64,000 nt of DNA from Epithemia pelagica (lineage: Eukaryota; Protista; Bacillariophyta), in contig OX337228.1 in the NCBI GenBank assembly GCA_946965045.2, positions 5,828,001 through 5,892,000 on the forward strand, written 5' to 3'. The notes below the pieces were generated by a model. That model had not been told where the DNA came from, searched no databases, and worked only from the letters and a program-made list of their open reading frames with translations. The position numbers and the translations under genes were made by a program. Shown piece by piece: positions 34,259-45,620 of this stretch. Position 1 is the first letter of the stretch. The number at the start of each line of letters is the position of its first letter.

Positions 34259-34849
34259 GACTTCAAGAGAAGTGGAAAATACTACTAAAGTACAAAATCG
34301 GGGTTTACTGTACCCCTTGTCGAACGTGCGTCCAGTTCCCGCCTGTACCCTCCAGCGGGGGTGAGTGAGTCCCGCAGGCTTCAGTCGGAAAAAAGCCCCA
34401 CGTGGGGTGAGTAAGGGAATGCAACACTAGGTGCGACTGACCGGGTCGCCCTTGCTTGGGGTTATTCCCGCCTGTCCCTATCCCAAGTCTTTTCCCGGCA
34501 TTGCCTCGCGCGCACTCGTGTGACAACACACATTCATAAATACTTAAGCTATCAATAACCGTTGATGAGTTTATAATAAAATTTTTGTCCCGTTCCGATT
34601 GCGCATCCACGTGGATCTACCATGCTTGAAACTTGAATCGTCTTCCTGGGCTTACGAGGGCAGTTCAAGAGTAAGCAATGTATGGGAGGGCATGCGCTCA
34701 CACACATCCATAGTGTACTTTGATTACGGTATTATCAAGACCACATCTTCTGTTCAGGAGGGATTCCGTCAAAATAAAAGGGAGTGGATTTTTTTTTCGA
34801 GCACAACACTCCAAAACATGATGACCTCGTAAGGTGATTATAATTCATA

Positions 34850-35842
34850 ATGGTGCTGCGGCGAAATCAAGACAAACGCAAGCAACAAACAACAAGCGGA
34901 GAGTCAATCTCATCAGCGGACAAGACCAGCAGCGCAGAGGGAGTATCAGAGTCAGGTCAACCGAGCATGGAGTCTATGAAACAACCCCCCCACGCGAGCT
35001 CTCTTTCTGAATCGGAGAGTCAAAGCATGGCCTCGACTGCAGACGACGACTCAAATGTCGACAACTCGAGCCTCATTTCCTGGCCCTTTTCAGTGGTGGA
35101 AGAACCTGATCCTGTGTCTGCATTCGAAAAGGAGTGGATGTCCATTGTGGGTCGAGTAGAGGTTTTGTTGCTAGAAGATCAAGATGTAGCAACAGGCAGA
35201 GTTTTGGACAGGCGGATTCAAATTGTTTGCCTTCCATCGGACTCTGATAAAGTGATATCAATGTTTAGACATCAATTGGAAGATAATGTCGTCGATGAAG
35301 GAGGAGAGAACGAAAGCGACCACGTAACGACTATGTTGGAGAAAATTGCTAGTGGCTTCATAGACAGCTGTGGTGTAATGAATTGCGAATGTGACGCTCC
35401 CAAGTCAGCGCTGCGGAAGAGCGGAGATGATAAGAATATAGAACGGGCTGTGTCGTTCGACAAGGTGGATATTCACGAGTTCAATATGACGCTTGGGGAC
35501 CATCCAGCAGCTGCTTCAGGTCCTCCCATAACAATTGATTGGGAAAAGAAGGCACGTATTTCCTCGATTGCCTTGGACGAATATGAAAGAAGCCGACGGC
35601 CTAGAAGACATCGGAAAGAGCTTAAGATGTCGATGAAAACACGATGTGGAATCCTTCAAAGGGAAGCTCATTTCTCGGCGCAAGAAATAACACAAGCGTG
35701 GGAGGATGCTCTCAAAGTCCGAAAACAAAGGAGAGAAACACTCGAAGGAGGCATGTGGAAGATGATCTATGATGACTTTTGGGAATCGGCGAACCGAAAG
35801 TTCAATCGTGTTACAAGTAGTGTCACTGGGTTGATTCTGTGA
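34850..35842 (+). CDS. Hypothetical protein with the diatom-type VSF..V.I.EF..TLGDHP....GPP.T.DW motif
   Basis: Single long ORF with ATG; the motif resembles an uncharacterised family common in diatom proteomes (recognised by eye). Confidence 0.7.
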   Translation: MVLRRNQDKRKQQTTSGESISSADKTSSAEGVSESGQPSMESMKQPPHASSLSESESQSMASTADDDSNVDNSSLISWPFSVVEEPDPVSAFEKEWMSIVGRVEVLLLEDQDVATGRVLDRRIQIVCLPSDSDKVISMFRHQLEDNVVDEGGENESDHVTTMLEKIASGFIDSCGVMNCECDAPKSALRKSGDDKNIERAVSFDKVDIHEFNMTLGDHPAAASGPPITIDWEKKARISSIALDEYERSRRPRRHRKELKMSMKTRCGILQREAHFSAQEITQAWEDALKVRKQRRETLEGGMWKMIYDDFWESANRKFNRVTSSVTGLIL

Positions 35843-36688
35843 TAAAGAATAGTGTTCAATTCTAACCAGTCTTCATCATGCGGACTACTCATAGGACATG
35901 TTGGCGTTTGAATCTAACGCGGTCTCAATAAACAACATCCTTGCGGACCATCAATTTTCGTCACACTCCCAATTCTGTTCGCAAGGGTATACAGTCATGT
36001 GGTGCAACTTGCGGGATTTCTGCCGTTTCAACTGTGCTCCCGAAATAGCCCGAAGTCCTCGCTTTCGGATTCATGATATTCCACATCTCCACTGAATAGG
36101 GAATTTAAGCGATCTCTTAATTTCGAATGGCGATTACCCCTTTATGGATTGAACGATTCAAAATCTACATCACCTTGTGTCGAGCTTAAGGCCACTCTCA
36201 ATCATAACTATGGTGCTTCTGGAAGAAATATGCGTCTTGATTCAAGCTCCATTAAGGTGGTCCGTAAGAAAGCATGAATTTGAATATTTTCCAAAACTAT
36301 GCGACAACCCAGACAATGGATTGTCGCATACTCCTAGTAAGTTGAGCATATCATCTCATCTCAAGAGGAGAAGACGATAGCAGAGGTAACCACTCATGCC
36401 CTCTTCTCCTTGGAAGAAGACGAATGTCATCCCATAAAAATCTACCTTGTGGCCGATCTGTTCATCTTTACAACCTCCAACATAACTCCTCATGCGTCAA
36501 TCACGGCCACATCAACGGCGGATCAATACATGGATAGTCGTGGGTTAAGGAAAGTCCAGGCCTTAGCGATTCAAGAATTTCATCGCTGACGAGTAATTAT
36601 GTGTTTTGTAGAAGTCTCCGAGATCACTTTTTCATTTGGAGCTGTACTTAAAGCATCGATCTGGTGCTCGCCCTTCAGCTGTAGCCTC

Positions 36689-39301
36689 TCAAGATACACG
36701 AACAAACGTTAGCAAGTTGTTCCGTGGATGTACTTTCTGGATTTTCAAATGCATTCTGATCCCGGGATCTAGTGGTCCCAGGGCAAGGTAGCGGTGCTCA
36801 AGGCCCAGGTCATAGACATAGATAGCATATTGATGTTTCTCGCTGTCTACACAACCAAGGACAACAGCTTCAAACGTAACGTCAGGATCGTTCTTGAATA
36901 AACGTGAGATGTATTCAAACAACCAATATTGTTGCGATTGTCGCTGAAGAGTTCGGGCAGCACCCATTAGCCCTGCCCCTTCTGAGAAATTGATATCCGA
37001 ATCCATCTGATCTGTGGCTTCAACGACTTCTGAAGGTTTTGCGTCAACGCACATTTTGGATGGAAGCCCAAGATGCTCAGCGGTAATCTGTGGAGGAATG
37101 GGAGATCCAGTCTCCAGCAGTTCATTCACTTTTTTCCTCCTCAGAAATCGTTTAACTTTTGAATGCACTTGCAAATCGCCATACCGGCGGATGGGAGATG
37201 TCCATTGAACGTAGGCTTCCAAGCCCAAACCGGAGTGTGGGAGCATTGTCTCTGTCACCTTCACAGGTTGGAGGAAACGACGGATGTACCAAGAATAACA
37301 CAGCCCATCACCAACATTCAGCTCAAACAGATCTTCCATGACATTCTTTTCAGAACTCCGCGAAAGAAAATCTGGTCCAGGCTGACTCCGGAACGGCAGA
37401 CGTAAACAATTTGGAACCTTACCACTGCTTTCGTGTTCTATACGCTTCCACCTACCCAAGGCTTCACCAGCCATAATCATAGCTTCTGTAACAAGAAGAA
37501 AAGACGATGATGCTGGGACTGTATTGTCCAGTCGTCGATTGTTTCCGGGAGTGGCCATCCCGTTTTCGAGCGTCTGATTCCGTCCTGCATTATGCGAGAC
37601 TTCCACTTTGATTGAAATACCCACTCCTCCTGAAGCGCTTTTGTCTGCAAAAGTCACCACCGAACTGTACGGGATTGGGTTTGGTAGAATACCTTCCGAC
37701 GATCCATTTCGAATACGATATTGGCGTCGACAATTGGCCACACCAAGCAAAACTCCTAACTCCCATTCTTCAGCATATCCAGTTCCCCTGGGAACAAGAA
37801 ATCCAAAACAACTTAAGTTAGAGACGGAACGAAATTGAGCTTCAGCAGGAGATGCGAATACTCACTCTTCCAACATTTCGTCAACCTCATCGTAAGACAG
37901 TCGATAGGTCACTCGGATTACGGAAGGAACCATCTCGATTGAAGATTCATCAATCGACCCATCAGAGTTAACCTCAACAGAAAGTGAAAGTGCGAAGCAG
38001 TCGTTATTGGTGCTTAGCGACATGAGCTCATTGCCAACAATCGGAGGGAACATGGAGAAGGATCGTCCAGGCAAATAAAGAGACGTGATACGTTTGCCCG
38101 CTGTTCGAAACAAATCAGAACCTGGAGGGCTATACCGGTCAGCATCTGCTATGTGAATCCAAATTCGATATCGAGTGGTGCGGTCATCCTGTCCTCGGGA
38201 GTTGTCGTCAGTGATTTTCTCCACCGATAGTCCGTCATCAATCTCCATCGTCGAAGCGCCGTCGATTGTGAACACTTTTAAATGACGCAAATCCTTCCGA
38301 ATGCCTAAAAGCTGTTCTGGATCCACTGTATATTGTGTCGCATTAAATGCTTGTTTCGCCGCCACACTTTCTTCTTTGGAAAAGCGCAATGGGAATCCAC
38401 TTCGTAGGAGAGCAAGATCTTCATGAGGTTCCCATACTCCCATGGCGACAAGCAGATCTTTTGCACCTTGAGTAGTTCTTTTCCATTTGAGTTCCGACAG
38501 TAACTGCACTGCTGCCTCACGCTGTAGCTGATATTTGAGCCTTCGCACGCTATCACTGTCCCATTTGTGTATCAAATCTCGTTCAATGAGGGATGGATTC
38601 CTTCTTGGATCTAAATGAGAAACCATACGACGCAATTGTTCTGGCTGCCCTTTCACTCCCATTTGCATACCAAAGACGCACAGCGACTGAAACACCATGA
38701 TTGTTGCTCGTAGTATGTTGTCGTTCGGCTCATTTTCGACTTCTTGACCTACAAACAAGTTTTCCAGCGATCTTTCTCCCTTTTCTGTACAAGCCAGATC
38801 CATGAAACGATTTTCCAACAATGCTTCCACTCGTGGACTTTTGTAACGACTCTTTGATGCATCATTGATAACGTTAGGTTCAAGCAGTGAATCAGGATTA
38901 TCTTGTTTTTTCTCTGCCAGCCGCTGTTTCACAAGATGAGCAGCGAGCTGTATTGCTTGAACTTCAATTTGATACTGTTCCTCATCGTACTCCTCCGACT
39001 CGATGGATGAGGATGGCAAAGGGAACCAAGGTTCATTGGATAGCTTTACCGCTTTCGCATATTGTTGCGTCGTCAAGCCAATGTGACCATGTCGTTCAGA
39101 AACAGAAGAGCTCAACGTTGAATGGATGTTGGCCGGCAAAGGGGCGGTCGAGAATCCATTGGCATCATGCCAACCGAATGTCAGGGTGATAATTGCGAGG
39201 AGCACAAAAGACAGGCGGAAGCGGCACCATCGTTTTTCATAGGATGATCGAGCTGATGGATCGGACGAAGTCCATGATGCCCATGGTGTCGCTTCCATCA
39301 T
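36689..39301 (-). CDS. RNase II / RNB-domain exoribonuclease, probably organellar, 2 exons
   Basis: FTIDGASTMEIDDGLS, WIHIADAD, YVQWTSPIRRYGDLQVH. Intron ~37788-37865 (GTGAGT..CCCAG). Hydrophobic leader ending ANG-FST. Confidence 0.85.
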
Positions 39302-39652
39302 CGTCGGTAGGCATTTCGCGTCCAGAGTATGACGTAATACAATGGAATGAAGAAATCCTCAGTCACTATCAAACAGGACTCGATGTGGACCAACAACTTT
39401 TTCGATTTCATCGCTCTTTCATTTTCGCGATTCGGACTCCGACCCCAACTTACAACGATACAACATCACCATGGCAAAATCAATTCGATCAAAGGTTAAG
39501 CGCAGCCATCGAGCAGAGTTCCGACGAACGATTGGAACGGTACGTCGCATTTTTACACGCATCGATTCATTGGTCTCAGAGACAAGCCGACTCATGTCTC
39601 TTTGTCTTGTTTCTTGTATATATCACATATAAAGGCTGCCTACAATACCCTA

Positions 39653-40018
39653 ATGGCTAAAACACAATCCAAGATGAAAGAATACCTTGAAAAACAGACG
39701 ACAATGAACTCATTCGAAAGATTATCGAAAGCATTGGGCAATACAGATGGGGAAAACGAGATGACTCCTCAGGCATCGGGGATGGATGTTGACAAGGTTT
39801 CTCCAGCCAACGCTATCAAAGCAGAAACAAGCACAACCGAAACTGAAACAGCAACAACAGTAACGGAAAAGCCAGATTTGCGTGGGGAGAACAAAGTTAT
39901 TACCAATCGAAAAATGAGTCGAAGGCAAAAACGCATGTTGAGGATGACGAAGAACGAACAATCTACAGTAAAGACCAAGCACGAACGGCCCCAGCCCAAG
40001 TACTTTTGTAAATTTTAG
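39653..40018 (+). CDS. Small hypothetical protein with basic C-terminus
   Basis: 121-aa ORF from ATG 39653; K/R-rich tail (RKMSRRQKRMLR); no family recognised. Confidence 0.5.
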   Translation: MAKTQSKMKEYLEKQTTMNSFERLSKALGNTDGENEMTPQASGMDVDKVSPANAIKAETSTTETETATTVTEKPDLRGENKVITNRKMSRRQKRMLRMTKNEQSTVKTKHERPQPKYFCKF

Positions 40019-40060
40019 AAGTCCATCACGAACTCGCTACATCGAAAACATCTTCAGGTT

Positions 40061-41470
40061 CTAGTTCTTGACGACGCTTGTTGTGTTCATGTTGTTGATC
40101 TCCAGCGCACTCCCCAGGAGGTCATGCTCCAGTGTCGCCAAAATAAGCTCTCCCTTCCAGGATGATGTCGTTCGTGTTGTTTCGAGGCTGGATTGCTCCG
40201 GCTGAATTTCCCATACCATTGGTTTTCCACCCCAGTGAAAATAGACACTGACCCCTGGTTCCGAATTGTTCGAATGGTTATTTGAACAAGCAGACGTTGC
40301 AAAAAGTAAGAATGCCTTTACCTCCTTGATTGAAAAAACGAGGATCACATGGTCATTCACATCCTTAGGCATGCGTTCGCCTTCATGTTCGTTGTCTCCA
40401 CCCTCCACATCCAGTCCCATTTCCACACTCCGATCTTCAACGAAAAAGAATTCGTCCAAATCATCGCAGGCAATACCCGTTTCTGTTTTTAGAAGTGAAT
40501 CGCTATTTTGTAAAAGTGCGTGATTGTTTCCAGACGCGGAGGGACTGTGCTGGTTGTTCTTGCTCGATCGATCTGCCGTTGACTGATGAAACGATGACGC
40601 ATGAATGCGCATAATGTCTCGCCTCACGATGAGGGCTGCTTCGGCAGTTCGTTTCAAGGGATCAAGCAACCTCCACAATACAGAGGGATGAGCATGGATC
40701 TCACTGGCACTCTCTCGACTCGCCAAGGCAGCCCTAATGCCGGTCACTGACGCAACTGGGACACGATGCAAGACACGCAACATGGAGGACGATCCCCCAT
40801 TCGCTCGGTTTGTAATGGTAGGCACAACAGCTACGGGTGGAGTTTCCCATAGAAACTCAAATGATAAACATAAGGTACCACCTTCGTCGGATTCTTCCCG
40901 GTCATTGTCTCCTCGATTGGAATTGCTGTTGCCAAGCCTGTGGGACGTTTGTTCACTCCGAACCCGCAACGAGAATGTGTTCTTACGTTGTCGAACAACC
41001 ACCGCCAATGCCCGCAAAGAAACACGGCAAATGAACTTGTTGGACTGTGATGAATGCAGCGGATACGACGATTGGGTGGAAGCAGATCCTGGTGTTGCGG
41101 GAGTATTTGTGGTGGGAGATGGGGATGGGTCCGAGGAGCGTGGGGTGTGGTCATGTTCTTGACCTGCTTGCGACGATGAGGGGGATCGCCCCGTCGCCAC
41201 AGAAGAACTTCCCGGAGACCTTCCGTTGTGATGATTTGATGATACCCTCGCATTGTCAGAGAATGAGGGCCATTCAGAAGAGGTACATCGCTGAAAGAAA
41301 TGTGGTTGAAAGCGAAAGCACACATAGGCAGATTTGGCGTCATTGAGTGCTCTCAAAACCAATCCTGTTGCTGGATCAAATTCCACATACAAATCTTTTC
41401 CTATTCGACTAGCGCAAACCAGAGAGGCGCAGAATAATCGAACGTGATGGCCGGGCACTATCACATCCAT
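40061..41470 (-). CDS. RAD9: 9-1-1 checkpoint clamp subunit Rad9
   Basis: SRIGKDLYVE...LVLRALNDAKSAYVCFRFQPHFF N-terminus; FSIKEVKAFLLFA and YFHWGGKPM near the C-terminus; long low-complexity loop insertions. Confidence 0.85.
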   Translation of the reverse strand: MDVIVPGHHVRLFCASLVCASRIGKDLYVEFDPATGLVLRALNDAKSAYVCFRFQPHFFQRCTSSEWPSFSDNARVSSNHHNGRSPGSSSVATGRSPSSSQAGQEHDHTPRSSDPSPSPTTNTPATPGSASTQSSYPLHSSQSNKFICRVSLRALAVVVRQRKNTFSLRVRSEQTSHRLGNSNSNRGDNDREESDEGGTLCLSFEFLWETPPVAVVPTITNRANGGSSSMLRVLHRVPVASVTGIRAALASRESASEIHAHPSVLWRLLDPLKRTAEAALIVRRDIMRIHASSFHQSTADRSSKNNQHSPSASGNNHALLQNSDSLLKTETGIACDDLDEFFFVEDRSVEMGLDVEGGDNEHEGERMPKDVNDHVILVFSIKEVKAFLLFATSACSNNHSNNSEPGVSVYFHWGGKPMVWEIQPEQSSLETTRTTSSWKGELILATLEHDLLGSALEINNMNTTSVVKN

Positions 41471-41960
41471 GATGGAGACGGATATTACCCCTCATTCATT
41501 GGGCAATCATTAATCATCATTGTTGAACAAAGGGAGACACGCAGAAAATTTGTTGGTCGTGGTCCCACAGTCGTTGAACACTGTCGCGTCGGGCGGGGGT
41601 GTGGGTGCGTTAAGACGTTAAAATAGACTGGTTTCCCCTTTTTGTCCTTCGCCTACCTTTTACTAACCTTTAGGAGCAATGGCGGCCTAGTGGAGAAGGA
41701 GCAACATGCTTCTACGAAATGCATTATACTTTATTGGTTACAGCCTTCACCATCTTGAAGCAAGGCCATGTCAAGAAAAGAGTATCTCGATGATTTCCGG
41801 AATAGTTCATCTTGCCGTTGTAAGAAGAAATCCCTGTCCGGACGGGTCCCGAGCGAACAATATAATAAGGGAATCGTCCCACTGCAACTCTTCGTTGGAT
41901 GCTAGTCCACGACAGGGAACCTGTGCAAGAAAACCCATTGCCTCCACTTAACGAATGTGA

Positions 41961-42683
41961 TCACGTGCTCTTGGTCGAAGTAGAATCAGATTTGTTGAGT
42001 TGACGTTTTCTACGAACATCCCAGTTGTAGATTCGGCTCAGAGTAACTTCACTTGTAACAATTTGATCACGCACAAAGCCCAAATCTTGCATCGTTTCAT
42101 TGTACTCTTTTTTGGCTCGTTCTTGATTTTGCGACAAAAAGTCCAACGCCTCTTGGTATGTGAATTCAAGCATGACGTTGGCTCCCAACCACAAATTCAC
42201 AGTCTCGTTGTTCTTATAATCCAGTTCCGCTTTCGCATATATGTTGTCAGCCAAACTGAAACGAGCGGTTCCCGTTTCAGGTCCATTGGCTTCCTCTTTT
42301 TTCTCCATCAAAGTTCGAACAATGGACAGCGACTTCTCTAGTTCGGGGACCTTATCTTTCAAACGCAGTTGTCGCTGCTGTAGTTGTGCCTCATAGGTTC
42401 GATATTTTACCATTAGATCTGAGTAGGCACCAATCAGAATCTCTGCTGAAGCGGCTGGTTGAAACTTGGATGAAAATGTACCGACATCATCAATGAACTT
42501 TGCCTTTGGAATGCCACGTTCATTGTCGCCCTCGGTAATGTCTAGCAGGCTCATATTGGGAACATCTGGTTCGTTTCCTTCATCATCATTGTTTACTGAG
42601 CGGCTGCCGGGAGATGCAGCGGCAGCCTTTGGTTCGGATGCCTGTGGCGTCGTTGAAGGGTCTCCGTTCGATTCCTTGGACAT
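41961..42683 (-). CDS. PFD3: Prefoldin subunit 3 (VBP1)
   Basis: RGIPKAKFIDDV, ARFSLADNIYAKA, VNLWLGANVMLEF, DQIVTSEVTLSRIYNWDV. Confidence 0.92.
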   Translation of the reverse strand: MSKESNGDPSTTPQASEPKAAAASPGSRSVNNDDEGNEPDVPNMSLLDITEGDNERGIPKAKFIDDVGTFSSKFQPAASAEILIGAYSDLMVKYRTYEAQLQQRQLRLKDKVPELEKSLSIVRTLMEKKEEANGPETGTARFSLADNIYAKAELDYKNNETVNLWLGANVMLEFTYQEALDFLSQNQERAKKEYNETMQDLGFVRDQIVTSEVTLSRIYNWDVRRKRQLNKSDSTSTKST

Positions 42684-42893
42684 CGTCGCAGTGAGCACGG
42701 ACAAAACTGGGAGGACGTCGAACTTCCAAGTAAAATCTGATGACGGACAGACGTTGTTGGCCGGAGGCAAGACCAAACGCTGTCGGACGGGATTAGACTA
42801 AGGCCACAACTTATTTTGAGTTTTGAACCTAGCTACTCCTACACGCATAGCAAAAGCCAAGCCAAAATTCAATCCAAAAGATCTTGAATCACA

Positions 42894-43673
42894 ATGGCTC
42901 GAGTTGTTGATTTTCTATATTCAAATGAGCCTTGGACTTTTGTTCATTGGATTGTCATGTTCTCGTTTGTATCCACCGCTACTGCCGTTAGCAGCGTCGC
43001 ATTTGTTTCCATTTGGCGCATTTTCTTTCCCACTGTTTGGTCCTACCCATGGCCAGCGCTGAAACAGACAGACACACAAGACAAGAAGAAAACGGTTCTC
43101 ATGGCAGGATCGTTCAATCCACCTCATTTGGGACACATTGAAATGATCCAATATTTGGCGTCGCGATATGGACATGTGATTGTGGTGGTGGGTCACAATC
43201 CCAATAAGACCTATGCCGTGTCACCAGCTCAACGATCAGATTTGTTGAGCCTATGTATTCAGCAAAGTGACAAGGACAACTCGACGAACTATCATGGTTC
43301 TGTGGTCTCCGTCAGGACCGTTTCTGGTTATATATGGAGAAAAGTTCCACATGCAGAGATATTTTTTCGTGGTATTCGGACATGGGAGAAGGATGGCAAC
43401 GAAGAAAGGATATTGCAAATACAGAATACGTGGGGTCCAATTGTGTATGGACCATTTTGGATGCCTAGGTCCACCTGCTTCCTTCAGGGCAATCCAAAAT
43501 ACAATCATATTAGCTCCACGCTCATTAGGGAAATATGTTCCGAAGAAGGCTCCTCTTCCAAGACTACGGCGAACGACAAAAAGAGTGTTGAAGAGCTCCT
43601 GAAACTCCTGGTACCCGAATGTATCGTACCTCAGGTCAGACGCCTCTATTCAAAAACGCATGGCAACAAGTGA
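42894..43673 (+). CDS. coaD: Bacterial-type phosphopantetheine adenylyltransferase with N-terminal TM segment
   Basis: AGSFNPPHLGH (HxGH), VGHNPNK, FRGIR, ISSTLIREI; hydrophobic residues ~15-45. Confidence 0.75.
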   Translation: MARVVDFLYSNEPWTFVHWIVMFSFVSTATAVSSVAFVSIWRIFFPTVWSYPWPALKQTDTQDKKKTVLMAGSFNPPHLGHIEMIQYLASRYGHVIVVVGHNPNKTYAVSPAQRSDLLSLCIQQSDKDNSTNYHGSVVSVRTVSGYIWRKVPHAEIFFRGIRTWEKDGNEERILQIQNTWGPIVYGPFWMPRSTCFLQGNPKYNHISSTLIREICSEEGSSSKTTANDKKSVEELLKLLVPECIVPQVRRLYSKTHGNK

Positions 43674-44309
43674 CGAACAACTAAGCCCCCTCAAGCCGCA
43701 AACCGCTTCGGGAACGGTGTGCGCAATCTCCCACAGAGTTCAAGTGGTTGATGACTGCTGGACGGCTGCAGCTGCACAGTCGGCTACCAATACAGGTGCC
43801 ACTCTTTATGATACGATCCCTTGAGACGCGCTAATAACTGGAGTTATATTTGACGTCTTGATGGCGCGAGGTTACACGTACAACAAGCGCCAGGTGGGAC
43901 GTTTGGTCTTTTTGTGGTTTGTCGAACAGAGAGCGATGTGAAGTGAATCCATGTTCTTAGCTACATGGTTGTGATGACGTGCCAAGTGGTCTGTATCTAG
44001 CACGACGACAAATTCCTTGGCTTGCAATGTCTCTCTTCCTAATTCTTGCCCTCGTCTTTGCCCTGTCCACTCAGCGTGTGTCGATAATTGCATGGATCCC
44101 ATACAGTAAGATCAACAATTGCAGGAAACCAAAAGAACACTAGGTAGCAGAGGAAGCCACATAAACAGTTAAGAAAAGAGAAGACGCAAATCCACGTTGT
44201 CTAACATGTCTTTCTTTGTGATATCTCGACGATGCCGAGTCTATAGTGGCTGCGAGGCGTCGGAGTGATTCACCAACGGAGTAGAAGCATTGCCCCACGA
44301 AATATTCTC

Positions 44310-45620
44310 TTAGCTGCTTCTACGCGGTTTCTTTGAGTGTCGGGGGCGACGTGAAGACTCTTGTCGTTGACGTTTTTGTTTGCTTTTGAAATCAATATAA
44401 TCAGCCCAATACTTGGATTCTTCGTCTCCTTCTAGGATCTTGAGCTTTTCAACTTTCTGACCATTGATCTGCACATCCCCTGACAGCAGTTTCTCGCGAA
44501 CTGTCTTTATGCTTTCTGTGTCTTCGAATCGCAAAGCGCCATCAGTTTGCCCCCGTGAAAAATCGGCGTAGATTTTCATTTCTTTAAGTTCCTGCTCATT
44601 TTTGCCCAAACAGGTTCCTACCGCGTCGAGCAATGCTTCCCGGTCACATGACTCTGGCAAGCCATCAAGTTTGAGAACGCAGCCAGGTTTCCACTCCACT
44701 TTGTACAATGTACTGTCGTCTTCCTCGTTCTCTTTTGTCTCCTCAGGTTCATTATCAATTCGGAGCTTCACTTCGTCTAGGTATTCTTTTAGAAGAGAAA
44801 CTTCGAGTACTTTGTCCCCAGTCTTCAGTTTCCTTTTGGGCTCCACATCTTCGCCACTCCGACGAGTCAAGACATCATCAGCAGCCTTCTTTAACGCTTC
44901 TTCGCTTTCAAACTCTACCAAGGCTGACCCTCTAGGAACGGGGCCTTTCTTGTGGTTCTTTTTGGGCGAATACAGGTCACTGTCAGGATTGGAGGCGTGT
45001 TTATGTCCATATCGTAGCTTGACGAGGGCAACCCTTCCATACTGTTCAAAAAGTGTGCGGATATCATCAACGTTGACCGCGTAGGATTCTTTTCCGTCTT
45101 CCGTTTTAATCGGCAGGTTTCCCACGACAAGTGAAAGAGGGATGTTGCCATCCATTTGCTCGGCAGTAAAAGGCTTAACACGTTTGACACCCAACGAATC
45201 GTCAGTTAAGATGATACGATCAGAAAGTTGGTCCGAACCGACAGCTTTTGCAATGAGACTACGATCTGTGGTGTGCTGTTTGATGGTGTTGAATTTCAGC
45301 AGTGTCTCGATTGGAACAATCCCACCATCCTTCATAAGGAGATTGCGAACAAAACGATCTTGTCGTACGTTTGCGTCCCCGAAGAAAAACATAAGACGTT
45401 CAACAATCGCATCAATCACGGCCTTTTCATCCGTGATCTTTTCTTCAGGTTTTGATGATTCCGCAATACCCGTCGAATTCGGCTCTTCCGTCTTGACCGT
45501 GGGCTCATACTTCGGTTCGTCACTCTTGCCAGCGCTAGAGGAAGCCGTTGCGGACTGTTCTACCTTTACGATTTCATCTTCAGCAGGCTTGCTATCTTTT
45601 TCAGTTTGTTCCGACGACAT
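44310..45620 (-). CDS. SSB: La autoantigen homolog (La motif, RRM1, C-terminal RRM2)
   Basis: MFFFGDANVRQDRF..GIVPIETLLKFNTIK La motif; PRGSALVEFES; YADFSRGQTDGALRF. Confidence 0.88.
   Translation of the reverse strand: MSSEQTEKDSKPAEDEIVKVEQSATASSSAGKSDEPKYEPTVKTEEPNSTGIAESSKPEEKITDEKAVIDAIVERLMFFFGDANVRQDRFVRNLLMKDGGIVPIETLLKFNTIKQHTTDRSLIAKAVGSDQLSDRIILTDDSLGVKRVKPFTAEQMDGNIPLSLVVGNLPIKTEDGKESYAVNVDDIRTLFEQYGRVALVKLRYGHKHASNPDSDLYSPKKNHKKGPVPRGSALVEFESEEALKKAADDVLTRRSGEDVEPKRKLKTGDKVLEVSLLKEYLDEVKLRIDNEPEETKENEEDDSTLYKVEWKPGCVLKLDGLPESCDREALLDAVGTCLGKNEQELKEMKIYADFSRGQTDGALRFEDTESIKTVREKLLSGDVQINGQKVEKLKILEGDEESKYWADYIDFKSKQKRQRQESSRRPRHSKKPRRSS

Larger units (their letters stand above)
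28198..34328. mobile_element. Chapaev/CMC-like DNA transposon with RAG1/Transib-like catalytic layout, 6131 bp
   Basis: TIR CACGTTCGACAAGG at 28198-28211 and 34315-34328; second inverted block CCGATTTTGTA at 28214-28224 and 34291-34301; CGT direct repeat at 28195-28197 and 34329-34331; encloses a DDE transposase. Confidence 0.88.

Noticed and set aside
28089-34449. Outer inverted matches TCAGTCGCA/TGCGACTGA (28106/34432) as a larger TIR
   Set aside because: Only 9 bp, asymmetric, and no TSD. The CAC/GTG ends with CGT duplication fit better.
43674-44309. ORF 43872..44102 and a C-TTCG-G hairpin near 43705
   Set aside because: Not enough support for a coding or ncRNA call.
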